From positions 1 through 28,121 of the forward strand of contig JBKBIN010000016.1 in assembly GCA_046296715.1 (NCBI GenBank): a stretch of DNA of 28,121 nt, written 5' to 3'. Below, in pieces: positions 18,538 through 27,765 of the stretch; within the stretch, counting starts at the first letter, position 1; the number at the start of each line of letters is the position of its first letter. This DNA is from Candidatus Ratteibacteria bacterium (lineage in GTDB: Bacteria; Ratteibacteria; UBA8468; B48-G9; JAFGKM01). Under the pieces are notes generated by a model. That model did no database searches. It was not told where the DNA came from and worked only from the letters and a program-made list of their open reading frames with translations. The position numbers were made by a program, and so were the translations under genes.

Positions 18538-19334
18538 AAATAATAGATATTCATACACATGCTTTCCCAGATAATTTAGCAGAAAAAGCAATCCCTTTAC
18601 TTGAACAAGAAGGGAAAATTAAGGCAGTGCTTGATGGTAAAATTTCTTCTTTAATTTCTTCTATGGATAAATATGGAATAGAAAAAAGTGTTATATGTTC
18701 AATAGCAACAAAAATAACTCAATATGAGTCAATATTAAAATGGTCAAAAGAGATAATCTCAGATAGAATTATACCTTTTCTATCTTTTCATCAGGATGAT
18801 CCACTTGCATTAAAGAGAATAGAAGAAATAAAGAAAGAAGGGTTTAAAGGAATAAAACTGCATCCATATTATCAAAAATTTGTGATTGATGAAGAAAAAA
18901 TGATGAAAATTTATGAAAAAATTTGTGAAGAAGATTTAATACTTGTTTTACATACAGGATTTGATTTCGCCTTTGAAAGAATAAAAATTGCAGACCCTGA
19001 AAGGGTTATAAATATTAAGAAAACATTTCCGAAATTAAAACTAATTACAACACATCTTGGAGGGTGGGAGGATTGGGAAAATGTTAAAAAATTTATTATA
19101 GGCAAAGAGATTTATATGGAGATATCTTTTTCGCTTGAATTTCTTGATAAAAAAAGATCAAGGGAATTGATTCTTTCTCATCCTTCTGAGTATATTCTGT
19201 TTGGGACTGATTCTCCTTGGACAGACCAAGGGAATACATTGAAACTTTTAAAAGAACTGAAACTTCCTTCTGAAATTGAAGAAAAAATTTTATATATTAA
19301 TGCTGAAAAACTTCTTTTTAAAAAAGGAGAATAA
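18534..19334 (+). CDS. Amidohydrolase_2 family metal-dependent hydrolase
   Basis: Motifs IDIHTH, GIKLHP, HTG, HLGG, LFGTDSPW, NAEKL; ATGA overlap with the GH172 gene. Confidence 0.9.
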   Translation: MKIIDIHTHAFPDNLAEKAIPLLEQEGKIKAVLDGKISSLISSMDKYGIEKSVICSIATKITQYESILKWSKEIISDRIIPFLSFHQDDPLALKRIEEIKKEGFKGIKLHPYYQKFVIDEEKMMKIYEKICEEDLILVLHTGFDFAFERIKIADPERVINIKKTFPKLKLITTHLGGWEDWENVKKFIIGKEIYMEISFSLEFLDKKRSRELILSHPSEYILFGTDSPWTDQGNTLKLLKELKLPSEIEEKILYINAEKLLFKKGE

Positions 19335-19336
19335 AA

Positions 19337-20356
19337 ATGAAAGCAGCATTTTTAATAAAACCTTACAATATTGAAATAAGAGAAATAGAAAAACCAGAGA
19401 TAAAAAATGAAGACGATGTTTTAATAAAAGTTAAGAGTGTTGGTGTATGTGGTTCTGATATCCATTACTATAAAGAGGGTAGAATAGGTGATTTTGTTGT
19501 AAAAGAACCATTGATACTTGGACATGAAAGTTCAGGTATAGTTGAAAAAGTTGGTAAAAATGTTAGAAATTTAAAGGAAGGTGATAAAGTTGCAATAGAA
19601 CCAGGAATTCCATGTAGAAAATGTGATTATTGTAAAGAAGGAAGGTATAATTTATGTCCAGATGTTAAATTTTTTGCTACGCCACCTATAAACGGAACTT
19701 TTTGTGAATATATTGTTCATCCATATGATTTTGTCTATAAAATACCTGAAAATTTTTCTTTTGATGAAGCAACTTTAATAGAACCATTTTCTGTTGGAAT
19801 ACATGCCTGCAACTTAGTAAATTTAAAACCAGGGGAAAAAGTAATTATATCAGGACTTGGACCTGTTGGCCTTCTTGCTTTACTATCTGCAAAAATATAT
19901 GGTGGGATTGTTTATGGGATAGAAAAAATTGATAAAAGAATTGAATTTGCTAAAAGTTTTGGACCTGAATATATATTTGATACAAAAGAAATAGAAATAA
20001 AGGAAATAAAAAATCTATTAAAGGATAAAGTGGATGTTGTTTTTGAATGTTCTGGTTTTTCAGGTTTAATGGAAGAAACGATATATTGGGTTAAAAGAGG
20101 AGGGAGAATTGTATTTATTGGACTTGGAACTGATTTTGTGAACCTTAATGTAGCAAAATTAACAAATGACGAATTGAAAATCTATGGAATTTTTAGATAT
20201 GTAAATACTTATAAAAAGGCAATAGAAATAATAAGTAAAAATAAGATTGATTTTAAAAAATTGATTAGTAAAAATTTTCCACTTGATAAAGTAAAAGATG
20301 CTCTTGAATATCCAGGTAAAAATTTAGATTGTATAAAGGTAATTGTGAATCCATAA
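19337..20356 (+). CDS. Zn-dependent sorbitol/L-iditol 2-dehydrogenase-like enzyme
   Basis: Motifs GVCGSDIHYY..GRIG.FVV, LGHESSG, four-Cys loop CRKCDYCKEGRYNLC, FFATPP, GLGPVG, GIFRY. Confidence 0.9.
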   Translation: MKAAFLIKPYNIEIREIEKPEIKNEDDVLIKVKSVGVCGSDIHYYKEGRIGDFVVKEPLILGHESSGIVEKVGKNVRNLKEGDKVAIEPGIPCRKCDYCKEGRYNLCPDVKFFATPPINGTFCEYIVHPYDFVYKIPENFSFDEATLIEPFSVGIHACNLVNLKPGEKVIISGLGPVGLLALLSAKIYGGIVYGIEKIDKRIEFAKSFGPEYIFDTKEIEIKEIKNLLKDKVDVVFECSGFSGLMEETIYWVKRGGRIVFIGLGTDFVNLNVAKLTNDELKIYGIFRYVNTYKKAIEIISKNKIDFKKLISKNFPLDKVKDALEYPGKNLDCIKVIVNP

Positions 20357-20359
20357 AAA

Positions 20360-21373
20360 TTAAATTATAAATTCTTCTTCTCTAAGAGAATATCCTCTTA
20401 TATGTCCATTGGGCGCATCATCAACAATGTAATTTACTATATAGATTTCGCCATCAGGAAATTGGACCCATCCAGAATATCCAGTATCTGAAAATCTACT
20501 TCTATCATAATCAATTGGTTTTATTCTTGTATGTGCTTGGTTTCTTTCTTTTGCCAGTGCTGATTCAATATCTGTTAATGTTGCAAAAAAGTTTTGAGTC
20601 CACCATCCAAGCCATCCTTTTCCTCCTTGACAAAATCTATGCGTTATTAAAATATATCCACTTTTTAACAATCCACTTACAGGTCTATGGCAACCAGGGA
20701 TTGGGAAAGGATAGGGACCTTCCCAAGTATTACCACTATCATAAGAAATTGCTTTAAAACAATCAAGCCCAATAAAACTATTTTCTCTCATAAAACATAC
20801 AAGTTCTCCTTTTGGTAGTTCCATCACAGATCCCTCACATAAATTTAGACCTTCTTTTGAAGAAATGCAAATTGGGCCTTCCCATTTTTTGCCTTTATTA
20901 TCTGAAATATATAACATTTGCTCAAGAAAATTTTTTTCATTATATCTTTGATTTGCAATTAGCCATCTACCATTCTTAATTTCTTTCAACTTATCAGGAA
21001 CAAATCCAGGTATAGGTAGTTCAATTTTTTCACTCCAACTTTTACCCTCATCCCAACTATACCACATATATAATTTTCTTTTTTTAATCTCTCTTTCTCC
21101 AGCACCTTTATCACATATAACAATTACTCTGCCATCTTTCAAAAAAGAAATTCTGGGACAATTCCATCCAAAAGAAATTTCTGATAAAGGTCTTTTTTGT
21201 TTCCAAGTCCTTCCTCTATCAAAACTTTCTGTAAAAACAACCCTTGAATAACTTCTATCAGAATGGTGTTTACATTCAAGAAATACACATATTAATTTTC
21301 CAGAAGGAAGTAAGACTAAATCTGGAAATGCTTCATAAATACTATCATCTCTACTAATAATAAATCTTTCCAT
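20360..21373 (-). CDS. BNR/Asp-box beta-propeller, sialidase-like protein (cytoplasmic)
   Basis: Asp boxes SFDRGRTW, SWDEGKSW, SDNKGKKW, SYDSGNTW and a C-terminal DTGYS. RBS spacing favours ATG 21373 over 21379. No signal peptide. Confidence 0.8.
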   Translation of the reverse strand: MERFIISRDDSIYEAFPDLVLLPSGKLICVFLECKHHSDRSYSRVVFTESFDRGRTWKQKRPLSEISFGWNCPRISFLKDGRVIVICDKGAGEREIKKRKLYMWYSWDEGKSWSEKIELPIPGFVPDKLKEIKNGRWLIANQRYNEKNFLEQMLYISDNKGKKWEGPICISSKEGLNLCEGSVMELPKGELVCFMRENSFIGLDCFKAISYDSGNTWEGPYPFPIPGCHRPVSGLLKSGYILITHRFCQGGKGWLGWWTQNFFATLTDIESALAKERNQAHTRIKPIDYDRSRFSDTGYSGWVQFPDGEIYIVNYIVDDAPNGHIRGYSLREEEFII

Positions 21374-21457
21374 TTTCATTCTCCTTTTTCATAATTATAA
21401 TTTACTTGATATTTTTTTCAAAAATTTTAAAATAAAAGTTATAAAAAAGAGGAGAAA

Positions 21458-23077
21458 ATGTTATTTACAGAAACAAATGTTCCTTTAGAGTTTTCTTTAA
21501 AAAGCGAGAAAAGATATAAAGACATTTTTAATGAAGTTGAAGTTGATATCATTTTTACCAGTCCAAATGGAGAGAAATTTAAGATTCCTTGCTTTTGGAA
21601 AGGAGAAAATGAGTTTGGGATAAGAGTTTCTTTTCCAGAAGAAGGGATTTATGAATGGGAAAGTATATGTTCAAACAGAGATGATAAAGGTTTAAATGAA
21701 AAGAAAGGGAAAATTAAGGTTGTAAAATATAAAGGAAAAAATCCTCTATTTATACATGGAAGATTAAAAGTTTCAGAAAATAAAAGATATTTATGCCATA
21801 ATGATGGAAAGCCATTTTTCTGGCTTGGAGATACTTGGTGGATGGGATTATGTAAAAGATTGAAATGGCCTGAAGAATTTAAAGAGTTGACTTTTGATAG
21901 AGTAAAAAAGGGCTTTACTGTAATACAAATAGTTGCTGGACTTTATCCTGATATGGCTTACCCTGACCAAAGAGGAGAAAATGAAGCAGGATATCCATGG
22001 GATAAAAACTATAAAAAAATTAATCCTTATTATTTTGATTTAGCCGATTTAAGAATTTTTCATCTAATAAATTCTGGTCTTGTCCCATGCATTGTTGGAT
22101 GCTGGGGATATTATTTAAAATGGATGGGTATTGAAAAAATAAAAAAACACTGGAGATATTTAATTGCAAGGTATTCTTCTTATCCAGTTGTCTGGTGTGC
22201 TGCTGGTGAGTATGATATGGCTTTTTATCTGTCTGAAACAAAGCAAAAGGACCAGATTTTTCAAAGGAAAGGATGGCTTGAAATCATTAAATTTATAAAA
22301 GAAATAGACCCATATAAAAATTTAGTAACTGTTCATCCAGGTAGTTTTACAAGAGAAGTTGAGGGTTATTCTGAAATTCTTGATTTCGATATGTTGCAAA
22401 CTGGTCATTCAGATAGTTCTATTAAAAATACTGTTTATAGAGTAAAGCAATCATACCAAGCAAAACCAACAATGCCAGTTGTAGTTGGTGAGGTTGCATA
22501 TGAAGGGATAGGAGGACAGTGTAAAGAACAAATTCAAAGATTATCTTTCTGGGCATCTATTTTGAATGGTGCATGTGGTTTTACATATGGAGCAAATGGA
22601 ATTTGGCAGGTAAATAGAGAAGAAGAACTTTTTGGACCAAGTCCTCATGGGATGTGTTGGGGAAATACTCCTTGGAGCCAAGCGATGAGATTTCCTGGTT
22701 CAGAACAAATTGGAATATCTAAAAAATTACTTGAAAAATATAGATGGTGGGAATTTCAGATAAGACCTGACTGGATTGAAATAAATATAAGTCCTGAAAA
22801 TAAAGAGAGAAATTACCATCCTTATGTTGCAGGTATTCCTGGAGAGGTAAGAATTGTTTATCTTCCATTTTTTTACAATTATTTTAAAATTAAAAAGATA
22901 GAAAAAAATATTAAATACAAAGCATTCCTTTTTAATCCTGAAACTGGGGAAGTTATAGATAAAGGAATAGTAAAACCAGATAAAGAAGGAAATTGGGAAT
23001 TGCCTCAACTGGCTAAAAATAGTTCCATGAGATTACCTATTTATCAGGACTGGATTTTAATTCTTGAGAAAATTTAA
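21458..23077 (+). CDS. DUF5060-DUF4038 domain protein (apiosidase/GH140-related)
   Basis: N-terminal Ig-like region (F.SP.G...IP.FW.G...F.IR). Motifs DGKPFFWLGDTWW, KGFTVIQ, RYLIARY, W..AGE, TVHP, QTGH, GEVAYEG, GFTYGANGIW. Confidence 0.85.
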   Translation: MLFTETNVPLEFSLKSEKRYKDIFNEVEVDIIFTSPNGEKFKIPCFWKGENEFGIRVSFPEEGIYEWESICSNRDDKGLNEKKGKIKVVKYKGKNPLFIHGRLKVSENKRYLCHNDGKPFFWLGDTWWMGLCKRLKWPEEFKELTFDRVKKGFTVIQIVAGLYPDMAYPDQRGENEAGYPWDKNYKKINPYYFDLADLRIFHLINSGLVPCIVGCWGYYLKWMGIEKIKKHWRYLIARYSSYPVVWCAAGEYDMAFYLSETKQKDQIFQRKGWLEIIKFIKEIDPYKNLVTVHPGSFTREVEGYSEILDFDMLQTGHSDSSIKNTVYRVKQSYQAKPTMPVVVGEVAYEGIGGQCKEQIQRLSFWASILNGACGFTYGANGIWQVNREEELFGPSPHGMCWGNTPWSQAMRFPGSEQIGISKKLLEKYRWWEFQIRPDWIEINISPENKERNYHPYVAGIPGEVRIVYLPFFYNYFKIKKIEKNIKYKAFLFNPETGEVIDKGIVKPDKEGNWELPQLAKNSSMRLPIYQDWILILEKI

Positions 23078-23127
23078 GACCTAATTTTTTGATTTTAAAT
23101 ATATGAGTAAAAAAATGGAGGTAGAAA

Positions 23128-24171
23128 ATGGTGAATGTTTACTTTTTACCAATTGAAAAAATAGATAAATTTGATGAGTTTTTAGATAAATTTGGTTTTT
23201 TTGAAAAGTTTAAAGAAAATGAGAAAGTTGGTCTTAAAATGCATTTTGGTAATTCAAAACATAAAAATCAAGTTCCACCTGATTTTATTTATCCAATTGT
23301 TAATAAATTGAAAGAAAAAAAAGTATTTAGTGTTTTAACAGATACAAATGTTTTATATCGTGGAGAAAGAGACGATACTTTTTCTCATTTAGAAGTTATT
23401 TACAAAAATGATTATCACAAACTTGACATTCCTATTTTGATTGCTGGAGGTTTTGATGGTGATTATGAATTTACTATTGATATTGATGGTAAACAATTTA
23501 AAAAACTTTATTATGCTAAGGAATATCAAAAATTTGATGGGATTATAGCAATAACTCATTTTAAAGGGCATGGACTTGCAGGAATAGGAGGGACAATAAA
23601 AAATATTGGTATGGGTTGTGCTTCAAGGAGAGGAAAATTTGCGATGCACTCAAATATAACCCCTGTTATAAATATTTCTAAGTGTGTTGGCTGTGGGAAA
23701 TGTGTTAAAGGATGTCCTTTTCAAGCAATATCTATTAAGGAAAATAAAGCGTATATTGATATAGAAAAATGTAAAGGATGTGCCTGGTGTATTCATATAT
23801 GTCCTTCTGGTGTTATAAATATATCATGGGGGAGTGTTTCAACTCAGGAATTTCAAGAAAGAATTGTTGAATATGCTTATGGATTGATAAAATTTTACAA
23901 AGATAAATTTTTAGCAATAAATTTTTTAATAAATATTGCTGAAGATTGTGATTGTGCTTCAAATCCAGGTAAAATAATATCAAAGGATATAGGTATTTGT
24001 GTTTCTTGTGACTCTGTTGCAGTTGATAAATGTTCATCTGATTTAATAAGGGAGGTAAATGGTAAAGATGTATTTTTAGAAATAAGACCAAATTTAGATT
24101 ATACCCATCAGTTTTATTATGCGGAAAAAATTGGACTTGGTTCTATAAAATATAAACTAATTACTTTTTAA
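23128..24171 (+). CDS. DUF362 domain Fe-S protein with 2x[4Fe-4S] ferredoxin domain
   Basis: Motifs KMHFG, LTDTN.LY, HFKGH..AG.GG.IKN.GMGCASR.GK, CVGCGKCVKGCP, CKGCAWCIHICP, CDC. Confidence 0.9.
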   Translation: MVNVYFLPIEKIDKFDEFLDKFGFFEKFKENEKVGLKMHFGNSKHKNQVPPDFIYPIVNKLKEKKVFSVLTDTNVLYRGERDDTFSHLEVIYKNDYHKLDIPILIAGGFDGDYEFTIDIDGKQFKKLYYAKEYQKFDGIIAITHFKGHGLAGIGGTIKNIGMGCASRRGKFAMHSNITPVINISKCVGCGKCVKGCPFQAISIKENKAYIDIEKCKGCAWCIHICPSGVINISWGSVSTQEFQERIVEYAYGLIKFYKDKFLAINFLINIAEDCDCASNPGKIISKDIGICVSCDSVAVDKCSSDLIREVNGKDVFLEIRPNLDYTHQFYYAEKIGLGSIKYKLITF

Positions 24172-24176
24172 TAATA

Positions 24177-25970
24177 ATGAAAAAATACGATGTTATTGTA
24201 ATTGGAGGAGGACATTCTGGAATTGAAAGCGCTCTTGCATGTAAAAAAATGGGAATGGATATTTTACTTATAACTTTTGAAAAGCAAAAAATTGGATATA
24301 TGTCTTGTAATCCTGCAATTGGAGGAGTTGGGAAAGGACAAATTGTTAAAGAGATTGATGCACTTGGGGGGGAGATGGCAAAAGCAACAGATAATACAGC
24401 AATTCAATTCAGAACTTTAAATAGTTCAAAGGGACCTGCAGTTTGGTCCACAAGGGTTCAAGTTGATAGAAAAAAATATAATGAATATATGGTAGATTTA
24501 GTTGAAAAGAATATTGAAATTTTTGAAGGTGAAGTTACTGATTTAATCATTAAAGATAAAACTATTTGTGGAGTACAAGTAAATGGTGAAGAAATAATAT
24601 TTTCAAAATGTGTAATTTTAGCTCCTGGAACCTTTCTCAATGGTGTTATACATATAGGTCTTGAAAGTTTCAAAGGTGGTAGGATTGAAGAAAAAAAATC
24701 AAGTAAACTTTCTGAAAAACTTAAAGAACTTGGATTTGAAATTTTGAGATTTAAGACAGGAACTTGTGCACGACTTGATGGAAATACAATTAATTTTTCA
24801 TTACTCACGCCACAATATGGAGATGCAAAAATTAGACCCTTTTCTTTCTCAACAGATAAAATTGAGATTAAGCAACTTCCTTGTTATATTACATATACAA
24901 ATGAAAGGACTCATAAGATTATAAGAGAAAATCTTGATAGAAGTCCTCTATTTACTGGTGTAATTAAAGGAACAGGTGTAAGATATTGTCCATCAATAGA
25001 AGATAAAGTTGTGAAATTTCCACATCATACAAGACACCATATATTTTTAGAACCCGAAGGAAGGAATACAAATATGTATTATCCAAATGGGATTTCAACA
25101 AGTTTGCCAATTGATGTTCAGGATGAATTTATTCATACAATAAAGGGACTTGAAAATGTGAAAATTTTAAGATATGGTTATGGAATTGAACACGATGTTA
25201 TAAATCCATTACAGATATATCCTACCCTTGAAACAAAAATTATTAAAAATCTTTTTTTAGCTGGACAAATTAATGGAACAACTGGTTATGAAGAGGCAGC
25301 ATGTCAAGGATTGATAGCAGGTATAAATGCTTCTTTGAAAGTTAAAAATATGCAACCCTTAATTCTTGATAGAACTACAAGTTATATAGGAGTTCTAATT
25401 GATGATTTAACAACAAAGGGAACAAATGAACCATACAGGATGTTTACTTCAAGAGTTGAATATAGATTGTTAATAAGGGAAGATAATGCAGATATAAGAT
25501 TAAGAGAAATTGGCTTTAAACTTGGACTTGTAAGCAAAGAGGAATGGGAGAAGACAAAGGAAAAGATAGAGATGATTGAAAAAATAAAAAGAGAATTGAA
25601 AAATAGGAAAATTAAAATAAGTGATAAAACAATAACTCTTTTTGAATATATTAGAAGGCCAGGCGTTAAACTAAATGATTTTGTAACTAATTATAGAGAA
25701 GACATTCTTTTCACGACAGAAGTAGAAATAAAATATGCTCCTTATATTGAGAGAAATTTAAAAGAGATAGAAGAGTTTAAAAATCTTGAAAAGATAAAAA
25801 TACCACCCAATTTTAACTATAACGATATACCTGGTTTGTCCCTTGAAATAAAAGAAAAACTTTCAAAGTTTAAGCCATTAAATCTTGGACAGGCAAGCAG
25901 AATTTCAGGTATCACACCTTCAGCAATTTCAATTCTTATAGTTTATCTAAAAAAGTTTTATCAAAGTTAA
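24177..25970 (+). CDS. mnmG: tRNA uridine-5-carboxymethylaminomethyl(34) synthesis enzyme MnmG
   Basis: Motifs VIGGGHSG.E, MSCNPAIGG, NSSKGPAV, RFKTGT, RYCPSIEDK, AGQINGTTGYEEAA, EPYRMFTSR.EYRL, GQASRISGITP. Confidence 0.98.
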   Translation: MKKYDVIVIGGGHSGIESALACKKMGMDILLITFEKQKIGYMSCNPAIGGVGKGQIVKEIDALGGEMAKATDNTAIQFRTLNSSKGPAVWSTRVQVDRKKYNEYMVDLVEKNIEIFEGEVTDLIIKDKTICGVQVNGEEIIFSKCVILAPGTFLNGVIHIGLESFKGGRIEEKKSSKLSEKLKELGFEILRFKTGTCARLDGNTINFSLLTPQYGDAKIRPFSFSTDKIEIKQLPCYITYTNERTHKIIRENLDRSPLFTGVIKGTGVRYCPSIEDKVVKFPHHTRHHIFLEPEGRNTNMYYPNGISTSLPIDVQDEFIHTIKGLENVKILRYGYGIEHDVINPLQIYPTLETKIIKNLFLAGQINGTTGYEEAACQGLIAGINASLKVKNMQPLILDRTTSYIGVLIDDLTTKGTNEPYRMFTSRVEYRLLIREDNADIRLREIGFKLGLVSKEEWEKTKEKIEMIEKIKRELKNRKIKISDKTITLFEYIRRPGVKLNDFVTNYREDILFTTEVEIKYAPYIERNLKEIEEFKNLEKIKIPPNFNYNDIPGLSLEIKEKLSKFKPLNLGQASRISGITPSAISILIVYLKKFYQS

Positions 25971-25992
25971 ATTTATGATATTATAAGAAAAA

Positions 25993-26967
25993 ATGAGTAG
26001 AAAAATAAAAATTGGAATTATAGGGGCAGGTAAAAGAGCAAATTTTCAAGCAGAATCAATTATTGAAAGTGGAATAGGAGAACCTATAATTGTTTATTCC
26101 CCTTTTGAAGAAGAAGTAAAAAGTTTTTCAGAGAAATATAAAATAAAATATACAACTTCTCTCAAAGATATATTAAATAATCCAGAAATTGAAGGTATAA
26201 TAATTTCTACTCCTAATGCAACTCATTATGAAATTGCTAAAAAGGGGCTTGAAAATAATAAAAATGTTCTTGTTGAATATCCTCCAACTTTAAAAATTGA
26301 GCAACTTGACGAACTTATAAATTTAGCAAGAGAGAGAAAACTTGTATACTGGGTAAGTTTAACACAACTTCTTGAAAATCCTCATTATACAATAAAGAAA
26401 AATCTAAATTTTTTGGAAAGACCTTTATTTTATTATTTTTCTTATATAACTTCTTCTTTATCCGGATGGTATTCACAAATGTCTTTATCTGGTTCTGTAT
26501 ATCTATGGCAACACTTTCATTATGTTAGCCAATTACTTGATTTATTTAAAGATCCAGAAGAAATAAGTGCTTTTGAAAATATTGAATATTGTTCAGAAGG
26601 AGTTATATCTTCAACTTTTTCTGTTATGAATATTAAATTTAGTTCAGGACTTATATCAACAATTGAATTTGGTATGGGAATAAAAGATGTTTCAGATGTA
26701 AAGATTAAACTTTTAGGTGATGGAGGTTATTTTTATTATGATAAAGGTAAACTTTACTTCATTAATAAGAAAGAAGGAAAAAGAGAGATTGAGATGGAAA
26801 AGATAAACATTAGAATTGATACATTTAATTTTTTGAGAGAAGTAAGTAAAGGAGATTTTAATGTAGAAAAAGCAATTGAAGCAAGAAAAATATTAGAAAT
26901 ATGTTTATGTGCTGAAATTTCGGCAAGAGAGAAAAGGATTGTAAAAGTTAAAGATTTTAAGGTATAA
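25993..26967 (+). CDS. Gfo/Idh/MocA family oxidoreductase
   Basis: Motifs IKIGIIGAG, IISTPNATHY, KNVLVEYP (variant of EKP). Confidence 0.85.
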   Translation: MSRKIKIGIIGAGKRANFQAESIIESGIGEPIIVYSPFEEEVKSFSEKYKIKYTTSLKDILNNPEIEGIIISTPNATHYEIAKKGLENNKNVLVEYPPTLKIEQLDELINLARERKLVYWVSLTQLLENPHYTIKKNLNFLERPLFYYFSYITSSLSGWYSQMSLSGSVYLWQHFHYVSQLLDLFKDPEEISAFENIEYCSEGVISSTFSVMNIKFSSGLISTIEFGMGIKDVSDVKIKLLGDGGYFYYDKGKLYFINKKEGKREIEMEKINIRIDTFNFLREVSKGDFNVEKAIEARKILEICLCAEISAREKRIVKVKDFKV

Positions 26968-26974
26968 TATTTTA

Positions 26975-27313
26975 ATGAGAAGTAATGAGGAATTGAAGAA
27001 AATAAAGAAAATAGTTAAGTTAATAAGTGATAAAAAAGGTGAAAAAGTAGTAGTGCTTGATTTAAAAGACCTTACTTGGATTACAGATTATTTTATTATT
27101 ACTTCAGGAGATTCATTAATACAGACAAAAGCAATAGCAGAAAATATAATTGAAAATTTTAAAGAACAACCGATTTCAACTGAAGGTATAGAAGATGGTA
27201 AATGGATAGTTATAGATTATGGTGAGATAATAGTTCATATTTTTTTAGACGAAACGAGAAATTATTATAAACTTGAAAAATTGTGGGCTGATGCTAAAGT
27301 TGTTGAGGTTTAA
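26975..27313 (+). CDS. rsfS: Ribosome silencing factor RsfS (Iojap)
   Basis: Motifs DKKGE.VVVLDL, TDYFII.SG.S..Q..AIA, EG....WIVIDYG.IIVHIF....R.YY.LEKLW.DA. Confidence 0.97.
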   Translation: MRSNEELKKIKKIVKLISDKKGEKVVVLDLKDLTWITDYFIITSGDSLIQTKAIAENIIENFKEQPISTEGIEDGKWIVIDYGEIIVHIFLDETRNYYKLEKLWADAKVVEV

Positions 27314-27756
27314 GATTTCTTTATTTTGTTTATATAATCTATTAACCTGTTAACTGTTTCAGCAAATTGTTTTAAAAAGTCCTTTCTTCTTAATTTTATC
27401 TTTTCAACATCTTTTCCTTCTGTAATTTCATTAAGAACTTTTTCAATTCTATACAGAGGACCCACAATTCTATGAAGAAATCTAATTTCAAGGTAAAAAG
27501 TAAGAATAACAAGCAATACCATAAGAGTTCCAATTCTTTTAGCAAGTATAATATTTATGTTTTTGACAACTTCGTAAGCATTTATAATTTTATTCTCAAG
27601 TTCAAGTTGATTTAAAATTGTATTCAAAGTAATAAAATATGTAATTCCTCCGACAAGTATTATAACTATTATAATAAAGTAGATTGTAATTCCACTGAAT
27701 ATGAATTGAACAGGTTTATTTATAAGATATTTTTTTCTTCTTTCTTTTTTTTTCAT
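27310..27756 (-). CDS. Small two-TM membrane protein with C-terminal HAMP-like domain
   Basis: N-terminal RRKKYLI...Q, two hydrophobic segments, then HRIVGPLYRIE...I..G.....IKLRRKD....FAE.VN. Confidence 0.75.
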   Translation of the reverse strand: MKKKERRKKYLINKPVQFIFSGITIYFIIIVIILVGGITYFITLNTILNQLELENKIINAYEVVKNINIILAKRIGTLMVLLVILTFYLEIRFLHRIVGPLYRIEKVLNEITEGKDVEKIKLRRKDFLKQFAETVNRLIDYINKIKKS

Positions 27757-27765
27757 TTTTCACCT

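Noticed and set aside
24177..25970. MnmG is somewhat short (597 aa)
   Set aside because: All catalytic and C-terminal motifs are present; the shortening is in a variable helical region.
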